Assembly (NCBI GenBank): GCA_900544885.1
Contig: UQWU01000002.1
Span: 23,057-87,056 of the forward strand
Source: an uncultured Phascolarctobacterium sp.
GTDB lineage: Bacteria; Bacillota; Negativicutes; Acidaminococcales; Acidaminococcaceae
DNA: 64,000 bases
Direction: 5' to 3'
Shown: positions 9,282 to 18,806 of the stretch, piece by piece
Layout of the letters: every line of letters starts with the position of its first letter
Position numbering within the stretch: position 1 is the first letter of the stretch
Position numbers and translations under genes: made by a program
The notes under the pieces: generated by a model
The model's input: the letters and a program-made list of their open reading frames with translations, nothing else
The model's database searches: none
What the model was told of the DNA's origin: nothing

Positions 9282-10032
9282 GATGAATTATGGTTGTGCA
9301 GGTTTAGTTGCTGTAATTAGTGGCGGCACGTCCGGTATTGGCTTGGCCGTAGCCGAAAAATTATTATTAGATGGTGCAGAGGTATATCTTTTAGGAAGAA
9401 ATAAGCAAAAAGGTACCGATGCAGTAAAATCTTTAAAGGAAAAAACACAGCAGGAAGCATTTTATCTTCAATGTGATGTTACTAATACTGTTGCCTGCCA
9501 AAAGGCAGTAGCTGCAATTGATAAGAATATTAATATCTTAATCAATAGTGCAGGCGTATACCTTGAGGAACGCTTGGAAAACATGACGGATGATAGTTAT
9601 GCAGCAATTATGGATACTAATGTTAAGGGAACTTTGTTTTTAACTAAGGCTGTAATGCCGCACCTATATAATGGAGGTAGTATTGTGAATATTGCTTCTG
9701 ATGCCGGCGTCAGTGGTAATTATGGCTGTCCGTTATATTGTGCAAGCAAGGGTGCAATAGTTTCTTTGACAAGAGCGTTGGCTTTGGATATGGCTCCGTC
9801 TGTACGTGTGAACTGTGTCTGCCCTGCAGACGTAGATACTCCGCTTTTAGCTAGACAGTTAGTGGATGCTGATGGTGGCTATACTTTGGCAGATATGGCT
9901 TCTGCATATCCTATGGGACGTATTGCCCGTGCAGAGGAAATTGCTCATGTTATTTGTAGTGTGGTATCTCCACAAAATAGTTTTATGACAGGCTCCATTA
10001 TTGTTGTTGATGGCGGATTGACAGCCAATTAA
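9274..10032 (+). CDS. SDR-family NAD(P)-dependent oxidoreductase
   Basis: The Rossmann motif is ISGGTSGIGLAVA. The active site is YCASKGA (YxxxK) with NIASDAG. The start overlaps the kinase stop by 8 nt. Confidence 0.85.
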   Translation: MIKMNYGCAGLVAVISGGTSGIGLAVAEKLLLDGAEVYLLGRNKQKGTDAVKSLKEKTQQEAFYLQCDVTNTVACQKAVAAIDKNINILINSAGVYLEERLENMTDDSYAAIMDTNVKGTLFLTKAVMPHLYNGGSIVNIASDAGVSGNYGCPLYCASKGAIVSLTRALALDMAPSVRVNCVCPADVDTPLLARQLVDADGGYTLADMASAYPMGRIARAEEIAHVICSVVSPQNSFMTGSIIVVDGGLTAN

Positions 10033-10122
10033 GAGTTTTTCGAATCAAGATAAAGTATATTTATTTTCAGCAGAATATAAGAGTATGTTATAATAAAAAA
10101 TACGAAGAGGAGGTTATTAGAA

Positions 10123-10926
10123 ATGAACAATAATACACCTATAGGTGTGCTGGATTCCGGCGTAGGCGGCTTATCCGTTTTAAAATGTCTGCACCAAATG
10201 CTTCCCCATGAAGATTTTATCTATGTTGGTGATACTGCTCGTACTCCTTATGGTATTCGTTCAGAACAAGAGATTAGGACTTTCGTAGCAGAAATTATAG
10301 ATTGGTTAGCTGGGCAGGGAGTAAAACAGGTAGTTATTGCCTGCAATACCTTGACCATGTTAGGCGTGGATTCCTTAAAGGGAAATCATAAATTTCCGAT
10401 TGTAGGGATGTCCAAGGGTGAGCATTTACTTCTAGAAATAAGTAAAAAGAAAAAAATAGGTGTTTTTGCTACTCCGTTTACTATTAGCACCGAGGCTCAT
10501 AAAAAAGCTATTTTAGCAGTAGATAATACTGCTGAGGTTTATCCGATTGCCTGTCCTAAATTTGTCCCGTTGATTGAAGGCCAGCAATTTGACAGTAGTG
10601 CTTTGACGGAAGCTATTGCTGAATATGCTGCACCGTTAAAGGAAGCAGGTATTGATGCGTTAATCTTATCCTGCACACATTATCCGTTCATAAAAAAACA
10701 GATTGAAAAGGAATTCGGTGATGCTGTTACTGTTGTAGACCCTGCAGAGGCTACTAGTAAAAATGCTATTGCTGAATTAAAAAAGGACAATTTATTAAAG
10801 GAAGCAGGACAAGGCAAAGTTACCGTCTGCTGCACTGCTGATTTAGAGCGTGTAAAATCTTTAAGTGGGCGAATGCTGCCTGTAGAAGAATGCGAATTTA
10901 AAGTAATAACTCTGAGGAATAAATAA
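10123..10926 (+). CDS. murI: Glutamate racemase
   Basis: Motifs present are IGVLDSGVGGLSVLK, VIACNTL and ILSCTHYPF. The RBS is gaggaggttattagaaATG. Confidence 0.9.
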   Translation: MNNNTPIGVLDSGVGGLSVLKCLHQMLPHEDFIYVGDTARTPYGIRSEQEIRTFVAEIIDWLAGQGVKQVVIACNTLTMLGVDSLKGNHKFPIVGMSKGEHLLLEISKKKKIGVFATPFTISTEAHKKAILAVDNTAEVYPIACPKFVPLIEGQQFDSSALTEAIAEYAAPLKEAGIDALILSCTHYPFIKKQIEKEFGDAVTVVDPAEATSKNAIAELKKDNLLKEAGQGKVTVCCTADLERVKSLSGRMLPVEECEFKVITLRNK

Positions 10927-10971
10927 TTAAAAATTAAGGCAGGAAAATTTTCTTTTTTGTCAAATCTTATA

Positions 10972-11016
10972 AAGTATATAAGAGCATGAGAAGGCTCTTA
11001 TATACTTGTTTTTTTG
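10972..11016 (+). terminator. Rho-independent terminator after murI
   Basis: The perfect 14-bp stem AAGTATATAAGAGC...GCTCTTATATACTT is followed by GTTTTTTT. Confidence 0.85.
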
Positions 11017-11141
11017 TTAATGGGAATTATCTCCTATAAGTCATTTGCTTGAAGCAATCTTAATGCTAATTGTTTGAGGCACTATGTTGTTATAGTAGTG
11101 TTCCAAAGTTAACTAAAATATTATAAAGAAAGGTGGTAGCT

Positions 11142-11717
11142 GTGGAAAAGCAGGGAGTATTGAACAACAAAAATATTGTAGGTTCGACTATGGTTCATAA
11201 GCTGTGCATGGCATTGGTGCTCTTTGGATTTTGGATGGCTCTTTCCGGCAGAACGGAAACAAAATTTGTCGTTTATGGAATTATTACCGCATTAGTAACA
11301 ACGCATATTACTTATCCTTTGTTGTTAGTGCCTAATAAAGATGGAAGTAAACGCTATTTTGTCTTTGGTGCGTCCATACCTAAGTTCATCGTATATTTTC
11401 TGTGGCTGATGTGGCAGCTGGTATTGGCTAACATTGACGTGTTATTAGCGACAACTTCCCAAGAGCTGGAAATCGATCCTAAAGTAGTACGCTTCTATTT
11501 TAAAGTTGATAATCCTATGGCCTCTGTAATGCTTGCAAACTCCATTACGCTGACCCCGGGTACAGTAACTTTGAATGTTACTGATGATGGTCTGTACGAA
11601 ATCCACGCTTTGACCAAAGGAGCTGCAGAAGGCGTTCTTGATGGTTCTATGCAGAAAAAGGTAGCTGATTTGTACGGTGAAAAATTTGATTTTGCTGTAG
11701 TGGAGAGTGAGGAATGA
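11142..11717 (+). CDS. mrpE: Mrp/Mnh-type cation:proton antiporter subunit E (MbhA-like)
   Basis: The MnhE signature is SITLTPGTVTLNV. The start is ambiguous: GTG at 11133 or 11142, or ATG at 11190. AAAGGTGG lies 7 nt before the GTG at 11142. Confidence 0.7.
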   Translation: MEKQGVLNNKNIVGSTMVHKLCMALVLFGFWMALSGRTETKFVVYGIITALVTTHITYPLLLVPNKDGSKRYFVFGASIPKFIVYFLWLMWQLVLANIDVLLATTSQELEIDPKVVRFYFKVDNPMASVMLANSITLTPGTVTLNVTDDGLYEIHALTKGAAEGVLDGSMQKKVADLYGEKFDFAVVESEE

Positions 11718-11983
11718 TTATGAATGTTATTTTTTATATTTTAATGATTTCCATAATCTTTGTTATCGGCACTATGCTGCAGCGTCTTTTTAACGGCCCC
11801 ACTATTTTTGACAGAATGAACGGCTTGGGTGTTATTGGTGCCGACACTATTTTACTGTTAGTTTTGTTCGGATATATTGACGGTCGTCCGGATATGTATG
11901 TAGATATTGCAATTTCTTATGCATTTCTCGGATTTATCGGTTCTGTAATTGTGGCAAAATTTCTGGGAGGGAAGAAGATATGA
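11714..11983 (+). CDS. mrpF: Mrp antiporter subunit F (MbhB-like)
   Basis: The 89-aa protein has NGPTIFDRMNGLGVIGADTIL, typical of MnhF. It overlaps its neighbours by 4 nt. Confidence 0.8.
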   Translation: MIMNVIFYILMISIIFVIGTMLQRLFNGPTIFDRMNGLGVIGADTILLLVLFGYIDGRPDMYVDIAISYAFLGFIGSVIVAKFLGGKKI

Positions 11984-12390
11984 TTGAGAGCTTTGGATTT
12001 AACTCCCTCAGAGAAGTTATAGCAGCAATTTTTATGTTAGGTGGTTTGGTGTTCTTTATCGGTTCTGCAATCGGTATGTTGCGCCTGCCTGACTTTTATA
12101 GCAGAATACATGCTTCCGGCAATAGTGAGACCTTGGGTTGTACCCTTTCTTTTATCGGTTTGATTATTTATGAGGGCCCGACTCTTACTGCTGTGAAAAT
12201 GGCGTTTGCTTTTTTGATTGTATTTATGGCCAATCCTATCGGCTCCCATATTTTAAGCAAGGCTGCTTATAAATCAGGACATCCGGTATGGACTTTGAAA
12301 ACTAAGGGTGCAAGAAAGTTGGTAGGCTTAGATAAGCATGATACCAGTGCTGATGAACCTTTGGGCAATCTGACGAAAAAGGAGGAATAA
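11980..12390 (+). CDS. mrpG: Mrp antiporter subunit G (MbhC-like)
   Basis: The MnhG motif is GSAIGMLRLPDFYSRIHASGNSETLG. Confidence 0.8.
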   Translation: MIESFGFNSLREVIAAIFMLGGLVFFIGSAIGMLRLPDFYSRIHASGNSETLGCTLSFIGLIIYEGPTLTAVKMAFAFLIVFMANPIGSHILSKAAYKSGHPVWTLKTKGARKLVGLDKHDTSADEPLGNLTKKEE

Positions 12391-12393
12391 TAA

Positions 12394-12636
12394 ATGCAGA
12401 TTTATATTATTGAGGCTGTGTTATTGCTCTTTTTGATTCTGATTACCTGCGCAGTTATTTTCTGTAAGGACATTCTGAGTGCGGCAATTATTTATAGCGG
12501 TTTCAGCTTCTGTGCTGTATTGCTGTATTTGATGATGGGTTCTCCGGACGTTGCGTTCACAGAAGCTGTTATCGGTACGATCTCTACAATCTTTTTTGTA
12601 GCTTCTTTGAAAAAAATCGACAGGTGGTGTAAATAA
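12394..12636 (+). CDS. Small MrpB-related membrane subunit (DUF4040/MbhD-like)
   Basis: The 80-aa protein has GSPDVAFTEAVIGTISTIFFV, resembling the DUF4040 domain found at the C-terminus of MrpA and in MbhD. Confidence 0.6.
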   Translation: MQIYIIEAVLLLFLILITCAVIFCKDILSAAIIYSGFSFCAVLLYLMMGSPDVAFTEAVIGTISTIFFVASLKKIDRWCK

Positions 12637-12962
12637 TGCGTGGATTAGTAGCTGTAATTCTGGCCGTTATGACAGGCATGTTTTGTTCAGTAGTAACGTA
12701 TTTACCTGAAATTGGTGATGCTAATACTGCACCTAACCAGCATGTTACTCCGACTTATATCTCTCGTAGTGCAGAGGATACGGGTTCTCCTAATATCGTA
12801 ACCGGCGTCATCATTGACTATAGAGGTTTCGATACAATGTGGGAAACTTCCGTAATGTTTCTGGCAGGTCTGACCACAGTATTGGTTCTGACTAGTAATC
12901 CTGTGGGACGTCGTCCTGAGGAAGAGCCGGAAGATCCTGAGGAAGGAGAGATTATCAAATGA
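12636..12962 (+). CDS. Small Mrp-associated membrane subunit (MbhE-like; carries an MrpB-type motif)
   Basis: The 108-aa protein has NIVTGVIIDYRGFDTMWETSV, which resembles the MrpB/MnhB motif. It ends in an acidic tail. Confidence 0.55.
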   Translation: MRGLVAVILAVMTGMFCSVVTYLPEIGDANTAPNQHVTPTYISRSAEDTGSPNIVTGVIIDYRGFDTMWETSVMFLAGLTTVLVLTSNPVGRRPEEEPEDPEEGEIIK

Positions 12963-13411
12963 AAGAACCATTTGGTGGTATTATCCTCAATGTCGCCTTC
13001 CGTATGTTAATACCATTTACTATTGTTTACGGTGTCTATGTATTGTGCTTAGGCGAGTTTTCTCCTGGCGGCGGTTTCCAGGCAGGTGCCCTGTTGGCGG
13101 TTGGTGTTTTACTGGCAAGATTGATTTTAGGCTTTGATACTAAATTCAATGTTTTAGGTAAGACTTCCGTTGTTTTAGCAGGTGTCGGTACTTTTTTGTA
13201 TGCCTTTACAGGTTGGCTGACTTTGCTTGGCGGTGCTGACTTCTTCCTGAACTATGATTATATGCCGCTGCATATGGAGCCGAAGTATGAAATGCATGCT
13301 ACAGGTATTTTCCTGATTGAAATTGGTGTTGCTATCTGTGTTATGATGACAATTATCAATTTGTTAGACGCAATCGTGAAAAGGGGTGAAGATGATGGAA
13401 GTGTTAAATGA
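12959..13411 (+). CDS. mrpB: Mrp antiporter subunit B (MbhF-like)
   Basis: The 150-aa protein has FSPGGGFQAGALLAVG, the MnhB hallmark. Confidence 0.8.
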   Translation: MKEPFGGIILNVAFRMLIPFTIVYGVYVLCLGEFSPGGGFQAGALLAVGVLLARLILGFDTKFNVLGKTSVVLAGVGTFLYAFTGWLTLLGGADFFLNYDYMPLHMEPKYEMHATGIFLIEIGVAICVMMTIINLLDAIVKRGEDDGSVK

Positions 13412-13769
13412 GTTTTTAAAAACAAAAGGCATCTACTCTTTAGTCATGATACTCTTTTTCTTAGGTGTCTACGGTATGGTTTTGAGTAAAAACTATATGA
13501 AAAAATTAATGGCAATGAACGTTATGCAGGTTGCCGTAATTTATTTCTATCTTTGCTTTGCACAAAAAGACGGTGCGATGATTCCTATTCAAAATGGTGT
13601 CACCACTGATCCTGCTGCATATATTAACCCGCTTCCTCATGGCCTGATGCTGACGGCAATCGTTGTTAGCTTAGGTACAACAGGTGTAGCTATTGCTCTT
13701 TTAATGCGTATTAAAGAGATTTATGGTTCTGTTGAAGAGGTAGAGGTTCTGAGGAGGGCAAGTAAATGA
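13386..13769 (+). CDS. mrpC: Mrp antiporter subunit C (NuoK-like; MbhG-like)
   Basis: The 127-aa protein has three TM helices. Its position and size match MnhC. Confidence 0.7.
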   Translation: MKMMEVLNEFLKTKGIYSLVMILFFLGVYGMVLSKNYMKKLMAMNVMQVAVIYFYLCFAQKDGAMIPIQNGVTTDPAAYINPLPHGLMLTAIVVSLGTTGVAIALLMRIKEIYGSVEEVEVLRRASK

Positions 13770-15259
13770 CTCAGCATGCTCCTGTCCTTATTGTACTTCT
13801 GCCGCTTACAGCATCACTTCTATGTATGCTGTTCAGCAGAATTAAAAGAACTTTAGGTTCTTGGATTGTTATGGCATCCATTGTCGGTGCCTTTATTAAC
13901 GCCTGCATCGTACTGCACAGAGTAATTTCCAGTGGTGGCCAGACATGGCATTACTGGATGGGTGGTTGGGCTCCACCAATCGGTATCGAGTTTGCTCTGG
14001 ATCCGTTAAATAGTATTTTAGCAGTTCTGGTAACGTTTATTTCTATGCTGGTTGCACTGTACAGCAAGCCTTTCGTCAAGGATGAAGATTGGCTACATGT
14101 CGGCGGTTATTATACCTTATTTGGTCTGTTGACTGTTGGCCTGTGCGGTATGATTATTACTGGCGACGTTTTCAATTTATATGTATATCTTGAAATCATG
14201 TCTTTGTCTGGTTACGGCTTTTTTGCGTTGGGCGGCAAAAAATCTATGCTGGCAGCGTTCCGTTACCTGCTGATTGGTACTATTGGCGCTTCCTTATATC
14301 TGTTGGGTGTTGGTTATCTGTATTCTATGACCGGTACTCTGAACATGGCAGATATGGCAGCGAGAGTAGTTCCGTTTATGAATTCTCCGTTGTTTGCTAT
14401 TGCCGTAGCTTGCTTTATTATTGGCTTCGGTATCAAAATGGCTTTGTTCCCATTACATGGCTGGCAGCCTGATGCGTATACCTTTGCTCATCCTGGTGCA
14501 GCTGCTTTCATTGCAGGCTGCATGAGTAAGGCTCCTGCTTATGCATTGATTCGTTTTGTTTACTATATCTTCAAAGTTGATAACCCTGTTATGCATAGCG
14601 CTTTGAATGTTTTGGGTATTCTCGGTGTTGCAGGTATCTTGATTGGCTCTATCATGGCTATGGCACAATACGACTTCCGTCGTATGCTGGCATATTCCAG
14701 TGTTGCTCAGATAGGTTATATTGCTATTGGTTTGGCAATGGGTAATATGTATGGCTTTATAGGTGCTGTTCTGCATATCATCAACCATGCTTTCATGAAG
14801 AGCGGCCTGTTCCTGGTAATTGGTGGTATTGAGTATCGCTTCGGCGAGGTTAATCTGTATCGTTTAGGTGGTATGAATAAGAAGATGACCATCAGTACGA
14901 TTACCGTTACTTTGGCAGCTTTATCCATGATCGGTTTACCGCCGACTGCAGGTTTCTTTAGTAAATGGTATCTGATGCTTGGTGCTTATACCGGTGAACA
15001 ATACTTTTACATCGGCGTTTTGATTATCAGCTCCCTGTTAAATGCTATTTATTTCTTCCGTATTATTGAGCAGATGTTTGTACAACGTGAAGCTTCTCTG
15101 ACAGAGGTTCATCCTCACAAAGGTAAACTTGGTTTACCGTTTGCTATGGCATTACCTATTCTGGTTGTTGGTATAGGTATTCTGGCACTGGGCTTCTACA
15201 GTGTAGACATTGTTACGGATGTTATTAAATTAGGCTTGCCGGAGGTGTTTCTGAGATGA
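13766..15259 (+). CDS. mrpD: Mrp antiporter subunit D (NuoM/N-like proton-pumping subunit; MbhH-like)
   Basis: The 497-aa polytopic protein has the conserved motifs FPLHGWQPDAY...HAFMKSGLF of complex I antiporter-like subunits. Confidence 0.85.
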   Translation: MTQHAPVLIVLLPLTASLLCMLFSRIKRTLGSWIVMASIVGAFINACIVLHRVISSGGQTWHYWMGGWAPPIGIEFALDPLNSILAVLVTFISMLVALYSKPFVKDEDWLHVGGYYTLFGLLTVGLCGMIITGDVFNLYVYLEIMSLSGYGFFALGGKKSMLAAFRYLLIGTIGASLYLLGVGYLYSMTGTLNMADMAARVVPFMNSPLFAIAVACFIIGFGIKMALFPLHGWQPDAYTFAHPGAAAFIAGCMSKAPAYALIRFVYYIFKVDNPVMHSALNVLGILGVAGILIGSIMAMAQYDFRRMLAYSSVAQIGYIAIGLAMGNMYGFIGAVLHIINHAFMKSGLFLVIGGIEYRFGEVNLYRLGGMNKKMTISTITVTLAALSMIGLPPTAGFFSKWYLMLGAYTGEQYFYIGVLIISSLLNAIYFFRIIEQMFVQREASLTEVHPHKGKLGLPFAMALPILVVGIGILALGFYSVDIVTDVIKLGLPEVFLR

Positions 15260-16761
15260 CGATTATAGATTGCAGACCATTTCTGGCAGTAGGGGTTTCC
15301 TTTATTGCTGCAGTTCTCATCGCATTCAGCAGACGTTGGCCGAACCTGCGTGAAACTTGGAGTGTTATCGCTTCTGTTTTAAAATTTGCTATTATCCTTT
15401 CCATGGTACCTGCTGTTTTAGCAGGCGATCAATATCAATGGACTCTGTGTCAGATTACTGATACAGTAGGTCTGACATTGCGTACCGACCCGGCAGGTAT
15501 GATTTTTGCTGTACTTGCTTCTATGTTGTGGGTACCGATGAACTTCTACTCCATCGGTTACATGCGTTGTAACCATGAGAGTGAACAAACCGGTTATTTT
15601 GCCGCATTTGCTATCTGTATGAGTGCAGTAATGGGCATTGCAATGGCAGAAAACCTGCTGACTTTCTTTATCTTCTATGAAATCTTGACCTTAGCAAGCT
15701 ATCCGCTGGTATTACATAAACGTAATCAGGAAGCGTTGATGGCTAGCCGTAAATATTTGATTTATACATTGATTTCCGGTCAGTTATTCTTAGCCGGTGT
15801 TATCGCTGTTTACTGCATCAGTGGTACTATGGAATTCACTCCTGGTGGTTTCCTGACTACTGATATGGCACCGAGATGGGTACTACAGGCAATTTTTGTA
15901 TTAATGATTTTGGCAGGTTCTGTAAAAGCAGCTGTAATGCCGTTGCATGGATGGCTGCCGGCAGCAATGATTGCTCCTACTCCTGTATCTGCACTGTTGC
16001 ATGCAGTTGCCGTTGTAAAAACAGGTGTCTTCGCAGTATTGCGTATTATAGGCTTCGTCTTTGGCCCGAAGCTGTTAGCTGAAATCGGTGTTACCGATGT
16101 TCTGGCTTGGGCCGCAGCTACCAGTATTATAGTATCCTCCTTGATTGCATTGCGTCAGGATCACTTGAAACGCAGACTGGCTTTCTCTACAGTAGGTCAG
16201 TTATCCTACATTGTTCTGGGTGCTGCGCTTATTTCTCCGTTGAGCATCAAGGGTGCTTACCTCCATCTGGTTGCCCATGCTGTTATGAAAATTACCCTAT
16301 TTATGTGTGCCGGTCTTATTATTGCTCGTACGCATAGAAATAACATTAGTGAACTATACGGTATCGGTAAAAAGTTACCGGTAACGATGGCTTGCTTTAC
16401 GATAGCTTCGCTTGGTATTGCAGGTACGCCGTTTTTAGTCGGCTTTATTAGTAAATGGAATTTGGCTTTGGGTGCTTTACAAGCAGGTAAACCATTATAC
16501 ATCTTGGTTTGGGTTGCCAGTGCACTGCTAGCAGCCGGTTATTTACTGCCGGTATGTCAGATGGCATATTTCCGTAAAGATCCGCAAGAAAAATTCCGCA
16601 AATATGGCGATGCAAGCTATGCAATGTTGATTCCTATCTGCATTACCACTTTAATTGCCATTGTTTTGGGTACTGTTCCTGATATTTATCCGCATTTTTA
16701 TGAAATGGCAACTATGGCCTCCAACGCTATTTGCGCAGGCTGGCATGGGGGGTGGCTGTAA
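15256..16761 (+). CDS. Second MrpD/NuoM-like antiporter subunit
   Basis: The 501-aa protein has MPLHGWLPAAM...HAVMKITLFM. It is a paralog of the preceding gene. Confidence 0.85.
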   Translation: MTIIDCRPFLAVGVSFIAAVLIAFSRRWPNLRETWSVIASVLKFAIILSMVPAVLAGDQYQWTLCQITDTVGLTLRTDPAGMIFAVLASMLWVPMNFYSIGYMRCNHESEQTGYFAAFAICMSAVMGIAMAENLLTFFIFYEILTLASYPLVLHKRNQEALMASRKYLIYTLISGQLFLAGVIAVYCISGTMEFTPGGFLTTDMAPRWVLQAIFVLMILAGSVKAAVMPLHGWLPAAMIAPTPVSALLHAVAVVKTGVFAVLRIIGFVFGPKLLAEIGVTDVLAWAAATSIIVSSLIALRQDHLKRRLAFSTVGQLSYIVLGAALISPLSIKGAYLHLVAHAVMKITLFMCAGLIIARTHRNNISELYGIGKKLPVTMACFTIASLGIAGTPFLVGFISKWNLALGALQAGKPLYILVWVASALLAAGYLLPVCQMAYFRKDPQEKFRKYGDASYAMLIPICITTLIAIVLGTVPDIYPHFYEMATMASNAICAGWHGGWL

Positions 16762-16997
16762 TGTCTAAGAAACAGACTTATCTGGCTTGTGCCATTGTTT
16801 TAATTATATCTGTAATTGCTGAGATGTGTGGTATTCACATGCATAGTCCTGCATGGTGGCCGCTACCTTTCGGCTATGATATTTTCTTCGGATTCGTCGG
16901 CTGCTGGGTTTTGATTATTTTAGCTAAATTAATCATGACACCGCTTCTGCAGCGTAATGAAGACTATTATGAAAGCAGAGGTGAGGATAATGAGTAA
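16761..16997 (+). CDS. Small two-TM membrane protein of the Mrp cluster (MbhI-like by position)
   Basis: The 78-aa ORF starts at an ATG that overlaps the preceding TAA. It has two hydrophobic helices and an acidic C-terminus. Confidence 0.5.
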   Translation: MSKKQTYLACAIVLIISVIAEMCGIHMHSPAWWPLPFGYDIFFGFVGCWVLIILAKLIMTPLLQRNEDYYESRGEDNE

Positions 16998-18729
16998 TGT
17001 GCTTCACCCGGGCTTGGTATTAATAGCGGTAGGCTTCATTGCTTTGCTGATGCCTAAATTCCTGCGCAGAGTTGTTTTGGCAATAGGTCCTTTTGCCGGC
17101 TTATATGCCGCATTGAATATGCCTATAGGTACTGATATCAGTATAGGTTTGTTCGGCACAGGTTACCAGCTGGGATATATGTACGTCGACAAATTAAGCT
17201 ATGTATTCTGTATGATTTTCGCAATGATGGCCTGTATCGGTGGTATTTATTCCTGCCATAACTCTAATCGTATGGAAACTTTCAGCTCCATGGCCTATGC
17301 AGGTTGTGCTTTGGGCGTAACCTTAGCCAAGGATTGGCTGACCATGATTTTCTTCTGGGAAGCATTGGCTGTTACTTCTTTGTTCTTAATCTGGTGTCAT
17401 CATACACCTGCCTCTAGACGTGCAGGCTTCCGTTATCTGTTAGTTCACATGTTTGGTGGTAACTTATTGCTTGGCGGTATTTTCTTGAAATATGGTACTG
17501 GTGATATGCTTATCAGTAATTTGGCACAAGGTCCTCATGATATTGCCTTTTGGGCAATTTTAATCGGTGTTGCTGTTAATGCTGCTATTCCGCCGCTGAA
17601 CGCTTGGTTGGTAGATGCATATCCTGAAGGTACTATTACAGGCAGCGTATTCTTGAGCTCCTTTACTACTAAGGTTGCGGTATACTGTTTAATTCGTATC
17701 TTCGCCGGTGCTGATTTCCTTATGGGCTTTGGCTGCTTTATGGCGTTGTATGGTGCAGCATTTGCGATTATGGAAAACGATATGCGTCGTCTGCTTGGTT
17801 ATCATATCATAAGTCAGGTAGGTTTTATGGTAGCTGGTGTCGGTGTTGGTACTGCTATGGCCTTAAATGGTGCAGCTGCCCATGCATTCTCCCATATTCT
17901 TTACAAATCTCTGCTCTTTATGTGTGCCGGTGCTATTATTTATGCAACAGGCATTCGTAAAATCAATCAACTCAGTGGTATGGCTAAGAAAATGCCGTTT
18001 GTGGCAGTATGCTTCTTTGTTGCTGCTTTCTCCATTTCCGGCGTACCGTTCTTCAATGGTTTTATTAGTAAAACTATTACCATTGCTGCAGCATCTGCAG
18101 CTGGCTATGATTGGATATATACTTTACTGGAGTTGGCTAGTATCGGTACTTTCCTGTCCATTACTTTGAAAATGGGTTACTTCATTTTCTTGCGTGACAC
18201 TGACAAAGACGTGCATCTTGCTCACAAATTGCCGAAAAATATGTATGTAGCAATGGGGTTAGGCTCTGTGCTTTGCTTCCTTTATGGTGTATATCCTGAT
18301 TTGTTATATCGTTATCTGCCGTTCGGAGCACCTGGATATGAACCGTATACTGCAGCTCATATTCTGAGCTATGTAGAAATCTTAGTCGTTACTATGGTTC
18401 CGTTTATGATGTTCCTGCCGCGTATGGAGCCGCACACAGCACTCAGCTTGGATACTGATTGGTTCTATCGCAAACCGATAGCTTTCATTATTTACAGACT
18501 GACAACGCTGTTCTGCGCATTGAGCGGCGCTCTTGGTAGTGCATGGCGTGTATTGTACGAGAAATTTATGGAACTTACTACTAATCCTATGGATTTCTTG
18601 GATGCGAAACCGTTCCGTAAACGTACACACTATAATCCTGAAAACTACCGTACATCTATTGCAGATCCTATGATGATTACTTTAACAGTCTTGGTAAGCA
18701 GTATTGCTTACTTTATTGCTACACTCTAA
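16990..18729 (+). CDS. Third antiporter-like large subunit (NuoL/MrpA-like, lacking the MrpB-like C-terminal domain)
   Basis: The 580-aa protein has PPLNAWLVDAYPEG...HAFSHILYKSLLFM. The RBS AGGTGAGGATA precedes the ATG at 16990. Confidence 0.8.
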   Translation: MSNVLHPGLVLIAVGFIALLMPKFLRRVVLAIGPFAGLYAALNMPIGTDISIGLFGTGYQLGYMYVDKLSYVFCMIFAMMACIGGIYSCHNSNRMETFSSMAYAGCALGVTLAKDWLTMIFFWEALAVTSLFLIWCHHTPASRRAGFRYLLVHMFGGNLLLGGIFLKYGTGDMLISNLAQGPHDIAFWAILIGVAVNAAIPPLNAWLVDAYPEGTITGSVFLSSFTTKVAVYCLIRIFAGADFLMGFGCFMALYGAAFAIMENDMRRLLGYHIISQVGFMVAGVGVGTAMALNGAAAHAFSHILYKSLLFMCAGAIIYATGIRKINQLSGMAKKMPFVAVCFFVAAFSISGVPFFNGFISKTITIAAASAAGYDWIYTLLELASIGTFLSITLKMGYFIFLRDTDKDVHLAHKLPKNMYVAMGLGSVLCFLYGVYPDLLYRYLPFGAPGYEPYTAAHILSYVEILVVTMVPFMMFLPRMEPHTALSLDTDWFYRKPIAFIIYRLTTLFCALSGALGSAWRVLYEKFMELTTNPMDFLDAKPFRKRTHYNPENYRTSIADPMMITLTVLVSSIAYFIATL

Positions 18730-18742
18730 AATTTAGTTGAAT

Positions 18743-18778
18743 AAAACCCGAATGTCGTAAGACTTTCGGGTTTTATCT
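18743..18778 (+). terminator. Rho-independent terminator ending the Mrp cluster
   Basis: AAAACCCGAA...TTCGGGTTTT forms a 10-bp stem followed by a T run. Confidence 0.85.
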
Positions 18779-18806
18779 TCACTTACAAGGGAAAGGGAGA
18801 AGTTTT

